DNA of 64,000 nt from assembly GCA_947591495.1 (NCBI GenBank), contig CANQDG010000006.1, positions 375 to 64,374 of the forward strand, written 5' to 3'. Every line of letters starts with the position of its first letter. Position 1 is the first letter of the stretch. Both the position numbers and the translations under genes were made by a program. Source of the DNA: an uncultured Bacilli bacterium. GTDB taxonomy: Bacteria; Bacillota_I; Bacilli_A; ML615J-28; CAG-313. This document shows, piece by piece, positions 39,042 through 49,014 of the stretch. The notes beneath the pieces are model-generated. The model saw only the letters and a program-made list of their open reading frames with translations, was not told where the DNA came from and ran no database searches.

Positions 39042-40379
39042 TTATAAACAAAAGGCCATATAATAAGGCAAATAAATAATATTATCTTCTCTTTTTAGAT
39101 CGCCTTCGTGTAAAACATATAAAGTTTTAATTTGCGAATTAAACATTGTTTTAAATTTTAATAAAGATGAAAGTTGATAGTTATTAGATGATTTGACTTC
39201 AACTGGACAAACTTTATTATTTTGTCTAATAAGAAAGTCTACTTCCATAATCGTTTTTTTAGTATCTTTATCAATTTTTTTATAATAATATAGATTATGG
39301 CCATTTGCTTTTAGTGCTTGGCATACTGCGTTTTCAATAATCATTCCTTCATTAATATGTAATTTATCAAATAAAATGGATTTATATAATTCGTTTTCTA
39401 AATAATCTTTATTTTTATATGCAAGTGATATTAAAAGTCCAGTATCGGCCATATAACATTTAAATGAATTATTCATAGTTGAAAGATTAAAAGCAACACT
39501 AGGATCACTTACGCTTTCAGCAATATTAACAATGTTTGCTTCGTTTAACCATTTAATAGGTTCTTTATATTCTCTTTTTCTAGCTCCTTTTATGTGTGAT
39601 ACAACAAAATGCTTATCATGTTTAGAAAGTTCAGATGGAATATGCATTAAAATATTTTTAATATATATAGGATTTTCTTCGTTTTGAAATTCAATATCAT
39701 TTTCATATAGATTTAAAATATTTTGTTTAATAAAATCAACTTTACCAAAATCTTTTGAATTGACATATTCAACTACTGCTTGAGGCATTCCACCAACTAA
39801 AAGATATTCTCGAAACCTTTTCATTATATCTTTATTTATTTGGCCAAAAGGTAACAATTTATTATAATGTTCTTTAATAATATCGGTTGTTATTCCATCG
39901 CCACATGCCCACATAAATTCCTCAAAATCCATTGGCTGTACTTCGATTTGATATTCTTCGGAAGGTATTAAAATTTCTTTGCTTTTTTTAGTAATCGAAG
40001 CAAGTGATCCTGTTTCAATATAATCATACCTTTTATCCTCTAATAAAGTTTTAAGCGCTTGACGGGCCTTTGGAAAAAGTTGTATTTCATCAAGAATAAT
40101 TAAGGATTCGTTAGGGTATAATCTTGTTTTATAAAAGATTTGTAATTGATTAAATAAAATATCTAAATCTTCTAATGAATTAACAAATAAATTTTTTATT
40201 TCATCTGGAGCCCTATCAAAACGTATTTCAATATAGGATTTATATTCTTCTTTCCCTAATTTTAGCGCTAAAGTAGATTTGCCAACTCGTCTTGCACCTT
40301 TGATAAATAGGGCATAATGCGGAGCATATTCCTTTTTCCATTTTAGCATTTTATCGTATATTTTTCTTTTAAATTCCAT
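39042..40379 (-). CDS. AAA_14 ATPase with C-terminal DUF4143 domain (second, divergent copy)
   Basis: Motifs GARRVGKS, ILDEIQ, ETGS, GGMPQ, DTGLL and EVDF...PVEVKS. Confidence 0.9.
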   Translation of the reverse strand: MEFKRKIYDKMLKWKKEYAPHYALFIKGARRVGKSTLALKLGKEEYKSYIEIRFDRAPDEIKNLFVNSLEDLDILFNQLQIFYKTRLYPNESLIILDEIQLFPKARQALKTLLEDKRYDYIETGSLASITKKSKEILIPSEEYQIEVQPMDFEEFMWACGDGITTDIIKEHYNKLLPFGQINKDIMKRFREYLLVGGMPQAVVEYVNSKDFGKVDFIKQNILNLYENDIEFQNEENPIYIKNILMHIPSELSKHDKHFVVSHIKGARKREYKEPIKWLNEANIVNIAESVSDPSVAFNLSTMNNSFKCYMADTGLLISLAYKNKDYLENELYKSILFDKLHINEGMIIENAVCQALKANGHNLYYYKKIDKDTKKTIMEVDFLIRQNNKVCPVEVKSSNNYQLSSLLKFKTMFNSQIKTLYVLHEGDLKREDNIIYLPYYMAFCL

Positions 40380-40394
40380 TGTTTTGATTTCCTT

Positions 40395-40493
40395 TCACAA
40401 ATGCGCCACTATTTTTTAGATGTTTTTTCACAAATGCGCCACCATTTCAAGTATATTTTATCACAAATGCGCTACTATTTCAAGTATATTTTA
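40395..40493 (-). repeat. Three tandem 33-bp repeats containing the promoter of the DUF4143 ATPase
   Basis: TCACAAATGCGCyACyATTT at 40395, 40428 and 40461. The minus strand reads TTGAAA-N17-TAAAAT across adjacent units. Confidence 0.9.
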
Positions 40494-40532
40494 TTAAAAA
40501 ATTAAAAAATAATACCAAAATAAAGAAAAAAT

Positions 40533-40561
40533 GTATAAAACATAAATTTCTCTTAATAATA
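40533..40561 (+). promoter_or_regulatory. Possible forespore (sigma-G-like) promoter
   Basis: GTATA-N17-AATAATA upstream of the coat-F-like pair. Confidence 0.35.
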
Positions 40562-40583
40562 ATGTTATAGGAGGAATAAATAT

Positions 40584-40778
40584 ATGACTGGAAAAGAATT
40601 ATTATATGTTGAAGATGCACTTGGTCATTTACAACATATCAAAACAATTTGCGATTCTTATTCAAGAAGTTTACAAGACCCTAATCTTAAAGCCTTTGTA
40701 TCGACTTTAAAGCAAAAGAATCAAGAATTAGAAACAAAGTTTTTAGGCGTTTTAGGAGGTGCAACTAATGGACGATAG
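40584..40778 (+). CDS. Small spore protein, partner of the Coat F-domain protein
   Basis: Motifs MTGKELLYVEDALGH and LQDPNLK, AGGAGG RBS, coupled to the next gene. Confidence 0.7.
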   Translation: MTGKELLYVEDALGHLQHIKTICDSYSRSLQDPNLKAFVSTLKQKNQELETKFLGVLGGATNGR

Positions 40779-41025
40779 AGCTTTAATGGAAGATTTATTA
40801 TTAGTTACTAAAGGTGTTTGTGATTTATATATGCATGGCACAATTGAATCATCTACTCCTAATGTGCAAACGACCTTTACGGATAGTTTAAATGATTCAC
40901 TTACAATGCAGTCCGAAATTTATAAAGCGATGGAACAACGTGGTTGGTATAAAACCGAACCAGCAGATGTTACAAAAGTTAAACAAACATATAATAAATT
41001 TACAACAAGCCAACCTTGGCAATAA
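40768..41025 (+). CDS. Spore coat protein, Coat F domain
   Basis: Motifs MDDRALMEDLL, IESSTPNV and IYKAMEQRGWY. AGGAGG RBS. Confidence 0.8.
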   Translation: MDDRALMEDLLLVTKGVCDLYMHGTIESSTPNVQTTFTDSLNDSLTMQSEIYKAMEQRGWYKTEPADVTKVKQTYNKFTTSQPWQ

Positions 41026-41120
41026 AGTTACAAAGGAATTGAGATTTTCAATTCCTTTTAAAATGCCTTTTTTCAAATAAAAAAAGAAAATATGCTATAA
41101 TTGATAGGAGGATAACTATT

Positions 41121-41594
41121 ATGCTAAAAACCAATGTTATGAAAATTCTTGAACAAAATAAAATTGAATATAGTCCTTTTATCTATAATCCTGAAATTAC
41201 TGATGGCATTAGGGTTGCTGAGGCTTTAAACGAGGATAAAACAAAAGTATTCAAAACTCTTGTGACTGTTGATAATACTAATCATTATTTAGTTTTTGTA
41301 ATTCCAGTAGCCTTAGAATTAGATCTTAAAAAAGCCGCCAAGGCGTTAAATAAAAAAAGCATAGATATGATAAAACAAAAAGACTTAAAACCTCTTACAG
41401 GTTATATTCATGGAGGATGTTCACCAATTGGGATGAAAAAACTTTTTCCAACATATATTGATGAAAGCGCCCAAGCTTTAGATTTAATGTATGTTAGTGC
41501 AGGCTTAGTAGGTTATCAAATAGCAATTAAACCAAGCGATTTATTAAAAATGACAAAAGGTAAAATAATGGATCTTACTAAAGAAAAATCTTAA
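41121..41594 (+). CDS. ybaK: Cys-tRNA(Pro) deacylase
   Basis: Motifs KTNVMKIL, VFKTLV and TGYIHGGCSPIGMKK. Confidence 0.93.
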   Translation: MLKTNVMKILEQNKIEYSPFIYNPEITDGIRVAEALNEDKTKVFKTLVTVDNTNHYLVFVIPVALELDLKKAAKALNKKSIDMIKQKDLKPLTGYIHGGCSPIGMKKLFPTYIDESAQALDLMYVSAGLVGYQIAIKPSDLLKMTKGKIMDLTKEKS

Positions 41595-41668
41595 GAGTTA
41601 TAATGTCATATAATTATTTAATTAATGATATAATATAAAAAATCTTGTGTTTGGATGGAGGAAAATAA

Positions 41669-43336
41669 ATGTTGTCAGATATTGAAATTGCGCAAAGTAT
41701 CAAACCTAAAAATATTAAAGAAATTGCGAAAGTAGCGGGAATTGATGAAAAATATTTAGAAGAATATGGTAAATATAAAGCTAAAATTGATTTGTCTTTG
41801 TTAAAAGATAAAGTTCAAGAAAAGGCCAAACTTATTTTAGTTACGGCTATTACCCCAACTCCAGCTGGTGAAGGAAAAACAACGACGACGATTGGTTTAG
41901 CTGATGGACTAAAAAGCCTTGGTAAAAAGGTTATGGTAGCATTGAGAGAACCATCTTTAGGACCGGTTTTTGGCGTTAAGGGAGGAGCAGCTGGTGGCGG
42001 CTATGCACAGGTTGTTCCAATGGAAGATATTAATCTTCATTTTACGGGTGATTTTCATGCAATTGGTGCTGCTAATAATTTGCTTGCGGCAATGTTAGAT
42101 AATCATATTTATCAAGGTAATGAATTAGGCTTTGATTTGACTAAAATCACTTGGAAAAGATGCGTAGATATGAACGACCGACAATTACGTTTTATTACGG
42201 ACGGTCAAGGTGGTAAATTTAATGGAGTAGAACGTGCAGATGGCTATGATATTACTGTTGCTTCTGAAATTATGGCTATCCTTTGCCTTGCAACTTCCAT
42301 TACGGATTTAAAAAGACGATTAGGTCAAATTATTGTTGGTTATACTAGTGATGATAGACCTATTACAGCTCATGATTTAAAAGCTGAAGGGGCCATGACA
42401 GCACTTTTAAAAGATGCGTTAAAGCCTAATCTTGTGCAAACTTTAGAAGGAACTCCAGCTTTAGTTCATGGCGGACCATTTGCTAATATTGCGCATGGTT
42501 GTAATTCGGTAATGGCTACGAAAATGGCCTTAAGATTAGGTGATTATGTCGTAACTGAAGCAGGATTTGGTGCGGATCTTGGCGCTGAAAAATTTTTAGA
42601 TATCAAATGTCGGGTGGCTAATCTTGTTCCAAGTGCCGTTGTTATTGTCGCAACAATTAGAGCTTTAAAAATGCATGGGGGCATGGCTAAAGAAGAATTA
42701 AAAGAAGAAAATCTTGAAGCTTTAACTAAAGGTCTTCCTAACCTTTTAAGACATGTTAAAAACATTCAAAACGTTTATCAATTACCTGCAGTTGTTGCTA
42801 TAAATCGCTTTCCAACTGATACTGATCAAGAAATAGATTTAGTAATTAAAAAATGTCAAGATTTAGGTGTTAAAGCTATTTTATCAACCGTTTGGCAAGA
42901 TGGTGGCAAAGGTGGCATTAAGCTTGCCGAAGAAGTTATTAAACTTTGTGATGAACCTAAGCACTTTACTTATAGTTACGATTTAGATATGTCAATTACA
43001 GCTAAAATTGAAGCAGTTGTGCAAAAAATTTATGGTGGTAAAGGCATAAAAGTTTTAACATCAGCTAAAGAACAAATAGCTAAATTAGAAAAATTAGGCT
43101 TTGGTAATTTACCAATTTGTATTGCTAAAACCCAGTATAGTTTTTCTGATGATGCGACCAAACTTGGTGCACCAGATGATTTTATCGTTACTGTTAAAAA
43201 TGTTAAAATTAGTGCTGGGGCCGAATTTATTGTTGTCTTAACAGGTAAAATCATGACCATGCCAGGCCTTCCAAAAGTTCCTGCTGCTGAAGGAATTGAT
43301 GTTGATGAGGATGGCAAAATAAAAGGTCTTTTCTAA
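41669..43336 (+). CDS. fhs: Formate--tetrahydrofolate ligase
   Basis: Motifs [31 protein letters not shown] and MTMPGLP. Confidence 0.98.
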   Translation: MLSDIEIAQSIKPKNIKEIAKVAGIDEKYLEEYGKYKAKIDLSLLKDKVQEKAKLILVTAITPTPAGEGKTTTTIGLADGLKSLGKKVMVALREPSLGPVFGVKGGAAGGGYAQVVPMEDINLHFTGDFHAIGAANNLLAAMLDNHIYQGNELGFDLTKITWKRCVDMNDRQLRFITDGQGGKFNGVERADGYDITVASEIMAILCLATSITDLKRRLGQIIVGYTSDDRPITAHDLKAEGAMTALLKDALKPNLVQTLEGTPALVHGGPFANIAHGCNSVMATKMALRLGDYVVTEAGFGADLGAEKFLDIKCRVANLVPSAVVIVATIRALKMHGGMAKEELKEENLEALTKGLPNLLRHVKNIQNVYQLPAVVAINRFPTDTDQEIDLVIKKCQDLGVKAILSTVWQDGGKGGIKLAEEVIKLCDEPKHFTYSYDLDMSITAKIEAVVQKIYGGKGIKVLTSAKEQIAKLEKLGFGNLPICIAKTQYSFSDDATKLGAPDDFIVTVKNVKISAGAEFIVVLTGKIMTMPGLPKVPAAEGIDVDEDGKIKGLF

Positions 43337-43340
43337 AAAT

Positions 43341-43371
43341 AAAAAGTCTTCCAATAAGAGAAGACTTTTTT
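43341..43371. terminator. Bidirectional terminator
   Basis: AAAAAGTCTT...AAGACTTTTT between convergent genes. Confidence 0.7.
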
Positions 43372-43398
43372 GTATATAGGAAATATTTATTTGGAAAA

Positions 43399-43968
43399 TT
43401 ATTGATTAAAATGAAAACTAACAATTTTTTGATCTTCAAATTCAATAAAATTAAGTGATGCGTTATTAAGTTTGGAATGAAAAGTTAAATTTGGATCAAT
43501 AATAGTAAAAAGAGCTTTAATAAAATGAGAATGCGTTACGATTAAAATGTTTTTTCCTTGATATTCATTTAAAATGGAAGTTATTTCTTGCATAGCTCTT
43601 TGACAAACATCAGAGGCTTTTTCCATTCCTAAATATTCATTATTTAAGATTTTTTGATAAACATCGTTAGTAATAGTTAAACCATCAGCACTACCAAATT
43701 CTCTTTCAGTTAAATTTGGTCTAATAATGATGTCAGCTTTGCTATCATCTAAATAATTTTTAATAATTTTACAACTTTCTAATGCTCTATTTAAAGGACT
43801 ACTAAAATAAACATCCCATTTAAGGGCTATGTCTTTTAGACGGCTAGCCGTTTTTAAAACTTGAGCAATACCTTCTTCATTTAAAGGAATATCTTTACGG
43901 CCTTGAATCATCATTTTTTTATTCCAATCGGTCATTCCGTGTCTAACTAAACAAATAATAGTTTTCAT
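43399..43968 (-). CDS. Histidine phosphatase family protein
   Basis: Motifs LVRHG, SSPLNRA, EREFG and IVTHS. Confidence 0.92.
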   Translation of the reverse strand: MKTIICLVRHGMTDWNKKMMIQGRKDIPLNEEGIAQVLKTASRLKDIALKWDVYFSSPLNRALESCKIIKNYLDDSKADIIIRPNLTEREFGSADGLTITNDVYQKILNNEYLGMEKASDVCQRAMQEITSILNEYQGKNILIVTHSHFIKALFTIIDPNLTFHSKLNNASLNFIEFEDQKIVSFHFNQ

Positions 43969-44147
43969 ATGTGATTACCTCTTTCTTGTCAGATACAATT
44001 ATAGCACAACTATGGAAAAGATGGTTTAAAATGAATATGGTTTTTAATTATTATAAACTTTTTATTGATATTATTTGCAAAAGTTGTTGAAATTTGTTAT
44101 ACTAAAACTAAATAACAAATCTTGCAAAAATAAAATGAGGTATTATT

Positions 44148-45935
44148 ATGAAATTTAATTTTAAGAATCGGGTTAGAAATTTTAAACTTGCTACATCAGA
44201 TGCTTTTGTGCCATTATATGAGGCAATTACCAATTCTATTCAAGCGCTTGATGAACGTGGCTTAAAAGAAGATGGATATATTAACATTCGGATTGAGCGT
44301 GATAGTTATCGCATAACCGATTATACTCCAGGTATTTTTGCGATTGAGATTACTGATAATGGAATTGGATTTATTGAACGTAATTATGATTCTTTTTGTA
44401 CTAGTGATTCCGATTATAAAGTCGAAATTGGAGGCAAAGGAGTAGGACGTATCAATTGGCTAAAAGCTTTTGAAATGATTTATGTGACAAGTGTTTTTGA
44501 AGAAAACCAAAAAAGATATGAAAGAAGTTTTCAATTTAATATTGATAATGAAATTCATAACGAAACTTTCAAAGAAGTTGATAGTAATACCCCAATTGAA
44601 ACTAAAATTTTCTTACGTAATCTACATCCCGAATTTCGTACTGTTACGGAAATTCCCCTTAAAGATATTGCTAATAAAATTATTGAACATTTTGCAACCG
44701 GTTTTGTTATTGGTTCAATGCCTAAAATGGAAATTAAAGATGAAATGGAGTTAATAGATTTAAATGAATTTTTTGTTAAAGAAAAATTTATTTATACCAA
44801 AGGTGAAAACTTTATCTCAAATGGTTCTATTTTTGAAATTCGTCATGTTTTTTTAAATGCTACCTCAGTTACGAAACATCGTATTTATATTTGTGCTCAA
44901 AATCGTGTTGTTTGTAGTTATGAGCTATCTAATATTCAAGATTTACCAACCTATTTTAATATTGATGATAAAAAAGCAATTTATCAATGTTATGTTAGTG
45001 GCGATTTCCTTGATAAAGATGTTAATAGTGAAAGAACTTATTTTAGTAATGTTATTTTTGAAGAAGAAAATCAAGAAGATCAACCTCACTTTGAATTAGG
45101 CATTAATTTATATGAAATAGTTTATAATCAAATTAATGAATTTTTGAAAAACTATTTATTGCCAATGCGTAATTTACGAGATAATCAAATCAATGAATAT
45201 TTACAAACATATTATCCACAATATAAATATTTAATCAAATATGCACCAGAAGAATTAGAAAATATTTCATATCTTGCCGCCGCAAATAAAGAAAGACTAG
45301 GAATCGAATTAACCAAATTACATCTTAAATTTAATAAGAGAAATACCGATCAGATTTCGAAAGCACTTAAAGATGGCACCACCAATGTTAAAACCCGCCT
45401 TTTAGATTTAGTAATGCCACTTTGTGAAAACTTAAGAAGTGAATTTTCTAACTTTATTAATAAGCGAAATGCTGCGATTGAAATTTTAGAAAGATTAATG
45501 GTTTTAGATGTAACAACCGAAGAATTAGTAAATAATTATTTTATTCCTAATCCTGATGAAAGTTCAGATGCTAATAATCTTTGGCTTGTTGATGAAGAAT
45601 TAGCTTATCCATATAAACTTATTAATACTAGATCAAATGATGAATTCTTATATGTTTATGCTAATGATGATACAAATAAGGCAATTGCAATTTTATTTTT
45701 AGATTATAAAAAGATTAAATTTGAAGATGAAAATCCAGTAGAATTGTTTAAAAATGCACTCTATCATGAAAATATTTCTAGTAAATATCATTTAAAGAAA
45801 TATTTAATTGTTGGTGATACTTTTGGTATTGTATCAGAAGGTTTAACTGATAAAAATACAACTATTATATCTTATCAAGACATTATTAGTTATGCTAAAG
45901 CCTTAAATAGCACTTTTAATAATAGTTCTAATTAA
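44148..45935 (+). CDS. GHKL (HATPase_c_3-like) ATP-binding protein with a degenerate C-terminal nuclease-like region
   Basis: N-terminal YEAITNSIQA, ITDNGIGF and GGKGVGR. C-terminal NLWLVDEELAY and NPVE. Confidence 0.75.
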   Translation: MKFNFKNRVRNFKLATSDAFVPLYEAITNSIQALDERGLKEDGYINIRIERDSYRITDYTPGIFAIEITDNGIGFIERNYDSFCTSDSDYKVEIGGKGVGRINWLKAFEMIYVTSVFEENQKRYERSFQFNIDNEIHNETFKEVDSNTPIETKIFLRNLHPEFRTVTEIPLKDIANKIIEHFATGFVIGSMPKMEIKDEMELIDLNEFFVKEKFIYTKGENFISNGSIFEIRHVFLNATSVTKHRIYICAQNRVVCSYELSNIQDLPTYFNIDDKKAIYQCYVSGDFLDKDVNSERTYFSNVIFEEENQEDQPHFELGINLYEIVYNQINEFLKNYLLPMRNLRDNQINEYLQTYYPQYKYLIKYAPEELENISYLAAANKERLGIELTKLHLKFNKRNTDQISKALKDGTTNVKTRLLDLVMPLCENLRSEFSNFINKRNAAIEILERLMVLDVTTEELVNNYFIPNPDESSDANNLWLVDEELAYPYKLINTRSNDEFLYVYANDDTNKAIAILFLDYKKIKFEDENPVELFKNALYHENISSKYHLKKYLIVGDTFGIVSEGLTDKNTTIISYQDIISYAKALNSTFNNSSN

Positions 45936-46133
45936 AAAAATAATAAATAACCGAACCTAAATTGTTAGATCCAAAGTTTAACAGTGATGGTTCTTTTTTT
46001 ATACATTTTTTTAAAAATGAAGTCCTTTAATAATTTGTATTTTTTTAAATGTCTAGACAAGTTTCTTGCTTTTTTAAAATATTTAAGGTATAATAATTTG
46101 TGCAAGAATTTTAAACAGAAGGGAAATGATAAA

Positions 46134-47087
46134 ATGAGTGAATTTAAGCCTACTTTAGATAGTAGATATGTTGATACGAGAAAATTTGATAATGTACCAC
46201 TCGCATCAGATGGAAAGCTACCAAAACAAAATTTGCCAACCCCTAAATGCTTTTTAGGAGCATGGTATCGTAAAGTCGTTTCATCAGTTGATAATTGGTT
46301 AGGTATTGAAGCCGAAATCGAACTTGGCGAGTTTATTCCTGATCCTGCTAGATTTAATCTAGATGGTAGCGGACGTAATATGGATAATCCTAATGTCTAT
46401 CTTGGTGGTAAAGCCGATTTAGAATCAGATTGTGGCGTAGGATATAATACAACCTATCCAACGGCTGATACTAGTTATGAATTAGGGTTAGATGCTCCTA
46501 AACTTGGATATCGACCATTTTGGCGTTTTATTTATAATACAAGAGAAACTGAAAATGGTTGTACATTAGTTAAAAGTGTCAATTCTTGGAACTCAACTGA
46601 TCCCAAAGAATTAGCATATTATTATTTTCCCGGTGATGTAATTAGAATGAAAGTATATTCACCACTTCCTCATTATTTACAACTTCGTATTGAAGTGGTA
46701 AAACCAACGACCATTGAAAAATATGTTAAAATTCGTAAAGGATATCATTTACCTAATGATATGCCAATGGATTTTTATAGTCCTCTTTTCCATTCAAGTG
46801 GTCAAGGTGTTAACAAGGCGGAGTTTAAACGGGTTAATTCAATTGATCAATTTGGTAATGAAGGCTATACCGCTAAAGCAACTAAAGCTGCGATGACTAC
46901 TGCTACTTGGTATAATTGTTATTTATATAAAGAAGTAGATGGCAAACTTTGTAAATATGCTTTTACAGAAGATTTATATATATCAATGATTTGCCCAAGT
47001 CCGGATGCTGTAACAGTGGAAAAATACAACGCAGAACAAGGGGGAGAAAAAGTTTCAATTCATCCCGCAACGTTTAAAAAAGAATAA
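46134..47087 (+). CDS. Conserved-looking hypothetical protein
   Basis: Start MSEFKP after an AAGGGA RBS and promoter. Motif-rich: AWYRKVVSS, DNPNVYLGG, GYRPFWR and FKRVNSIDQ. Confidence 0.65.
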   Translation: MSEFKPTLDSRYVDTRKFDNVPLASDGKLPKQNLPTPKCFLGAWYRKVVSSVDNWLGIEAEIELGEFIPDPARFNLDGSGRNMDNPNVYLGGKADLESDCGVGYNTTYPTADTSYELGLDAPKLGYRPFWRFIYNTRETENGCTLVKSVNSWNSTDPKELAYYYFPGDVIRMKVYSPLPHYLQLRIEVVKPTTIEKYVKIRKGYHLPNDMPMDFYSPLFHSSGQGVNKAEFKRVNSIDQFGNEGYTAKATKAAMTTATWYNCYLYKEVDGKLCKYAFTEDLYISMICPSPDAVTVEKYNAEQGGEKVSIHPATFKKE

Positions 47088-47103
47088 AGAGAAAGATAAA
47101 AAA

Positions 47104-49014
47104 ATGATGAATAATAAAATAAATAAAATAGTTTTTATATTTTTTTTGGTGATTTCAATTATGTTAGTAACAAAAATTCAAGTAAATGCTGCTAGTAATA
47201 TTTCATTAAGTAATAAAGTTATAACCACGGAAGGCTCTCTTGCAACTAATAGTAATTATCAAAGCTTCACCTCTCAAATTACAAATGAAGCAGGTGTTAC
47301 AACTAATCAAAATATTAGTTATGTCAAAGTTAATCTTGCAAGTGCAAGAGTTGTAACCAGTTGTGTTTTAGATAAAAATGGCATTGTCGCAAGCGATGTT
47401 TTAACTATTGCGAAAAACTATGAACAAAATCATCCCGGTTATGAAGTTTTAGCAGCCATTAATGGTGGATATTTCTTTACATATAACCCGTATGAAACAG
47501 TTAATGCTTGTGTGGTTGATGGTAATGTTGTTAAAGCAAACAATCATTCAAAATATTTTTCTTTAGGTTTTAAATCTGATAAAATTGATTTTGTAACTTC
47601 CAAAGTTAATAGTTTTTCTAGTAATTATTATTTAACGTTTTATGATGCTAATCATCTTCCTTTTAAAGAAATTCAATTAAGTGGCGAAAATATTGCGCCA
47701 GCTAGTAATCAAACAACCTTTTATAATGGCACTATGACAACAACAGTTGTTAATAATGTTAGTTATTTTGAAGTTGAGGCTTTACATAATTTTAGTTATG
47801 ATAATATTTTCATCGATGGCACTGTTAAAGCCCCACTTAAAACGATTAATCGCAATGTTGCAATTGCTACAACTGATGAAGAAGTAAAAACTATTCTTGA
47901 ACAACAACCCTTTATTAGAATTGAACGCAAACTAACAGGCGTTTTAAAAGACTATGATAATGTTATAGGACCAGGTAGTCAACCATTAAAAAATGGAATC
48001 ATTCAAACCCCTGAGGAAATGGGAGATCAATCAGTTGCTTTTTGTAAAGGACGTGATCCCCGAAGTTCGGTCGGTTTTGATAATGAAGGAAATGTTTATC
48101 TTTGTGCCATCGATGGTAGACAAACTAATATGGCTGGTATATCTTTAACAGAAGAAGCTTATTTAATGCAAGAGTTAGGTTGTGTTAATGCTTTTAATTT
48201 AGATGGCGGAGGATCTACAGAACTAGTTATCAAAGAAAATGGCACATTTAAGGTTTTTAATAAAGCATGTGAAACGCCTTATCGTAAAGTAACTGATGCC
48301 ATTTTAATTGTTATACCTAAAGTGCAAGTAGAAATTTCTGAGCCTGTTATAACTAATACTTCCATTGCTTTTAATTATCAAAAAACAAATGACTCTAATA
48401 GTCAAATTAATATTTATGTTAATGGTCAAAAAATAACAACAACCGAAAATGTTAAAATTGATAATTTAGATCCATCAACATCTAATTTTGTCAATGTGGT
48501 TGCTACCTATCAAGAAGATGGCAAAGAAATAAATATTTTAATCAAAACTTTTCAAATAAACGATACAAAAGAAGCTAGCAAAACAACACTAGTTGAGCCA
48601 ACTAATTTTCAAGTTGAATTTGTCAAAATATCAGGTGGATTTGAAGCCATTTTATCTTGTGATGATCCGACTTCGACTTTATCGGCCGTATATCTAGTTG
48701 ATCAAAATAATAATCGTCAAATATTATTAAAAGATGGTGATCATTACCATACAACTTATCAAGCATCAACTAATATGACTTATACTTTCCAAGTTGTCTA
48801 TCGTTATAAAATTAATTCCATTAAAGTTGAAGAAAAAACTTATCAACAAACCTTTTCTTATGAATATAAAGAAGATGCATCATCTAGTGATACCGAAAAA
48901 ACTTCATCTTCAAATTGTCAAAATTGTCAAAAAAGTAAGGGAACTTTAATCTTTGCAACAATAGGTACACTTACTAGTTTAGCTTTTGTCTTTCTTAAAA
49001 AAGCCAAACAATAA
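47104..49014 (+). CDS. Surface phosphodiester glycosidase (NAGPA) family protein
   Basis: Signal peptide, then AAINGGYF, DPRSSVG, IDGRQ and AFNLDGGGST. C-terminal TM helix and basic tail. Confidence 0.88.
   Translation: MMNNKINKIVFIFFLVISIMLVTKIQVNAASNISLSNKVITTEGSLATNSNYQSFTSQITNEAGVTTNQNISYVKVNLASARVVTSCVLDKNGIVASDVLTIAKNYEQNHPGYEVLAAINGGYFFTYNPYETVNACVVDGNVVKANNHSKYFSLGFKSDKIDFVTSKVNSFSSNYYLTFYDANHLPFKEIQLSGENIAPASNQTTFYNGTMTTTVVNNVSYFEVEALHNFSYDNIFIDGTVKAPLKTINRNVAIATTDEEVKTILEQQPFIRIERKLTGVLKDYDNVIGPGSQPLKNGIIQTPEEMGDQSVAFCKGRDPRSSVGFDNEGNVYLCAIDGRQTNMAGISLTEEAYLMQELGCVNAFNLDGGGSTELVIKENGTFKVFNKACETPYRKVTDAILIVIPKVQVEISEPVITNTSIAFNYQKTNDSNSQINIYVNGQKITTTENVKIDNLDPSTSNFVNVVATYQEDGKEINILIKTFQINDTKEASKTTLVEPTNFQVEFVKISGGFEAILSCDDPTSTLSAVYLVDQNNNRQILLKDGDHYHTTYQASTNMTYTFQVVYRYKINSIKVEEKTYQQTFSYEYKEDASSSDTEKTSSSNCQNCQKSKGTLIFATIGTLTSLAFVFLKKAKQ

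Noticed and set aside
40395-40493. 33-bp repeats as a mini CRISPR array
   Set aside because: The units are tandem with near-identical intervening sequence (no unique spacers), and there are no cas genes.
45984-46133. 50-aa N-terminal extension given by the ORF track
   Set aside because: It spans a terminator and promoter region. The RBS supports ATG 46134. The same reasoning moved the starts at 33594, 36089, 40759, 6925 and 15100.
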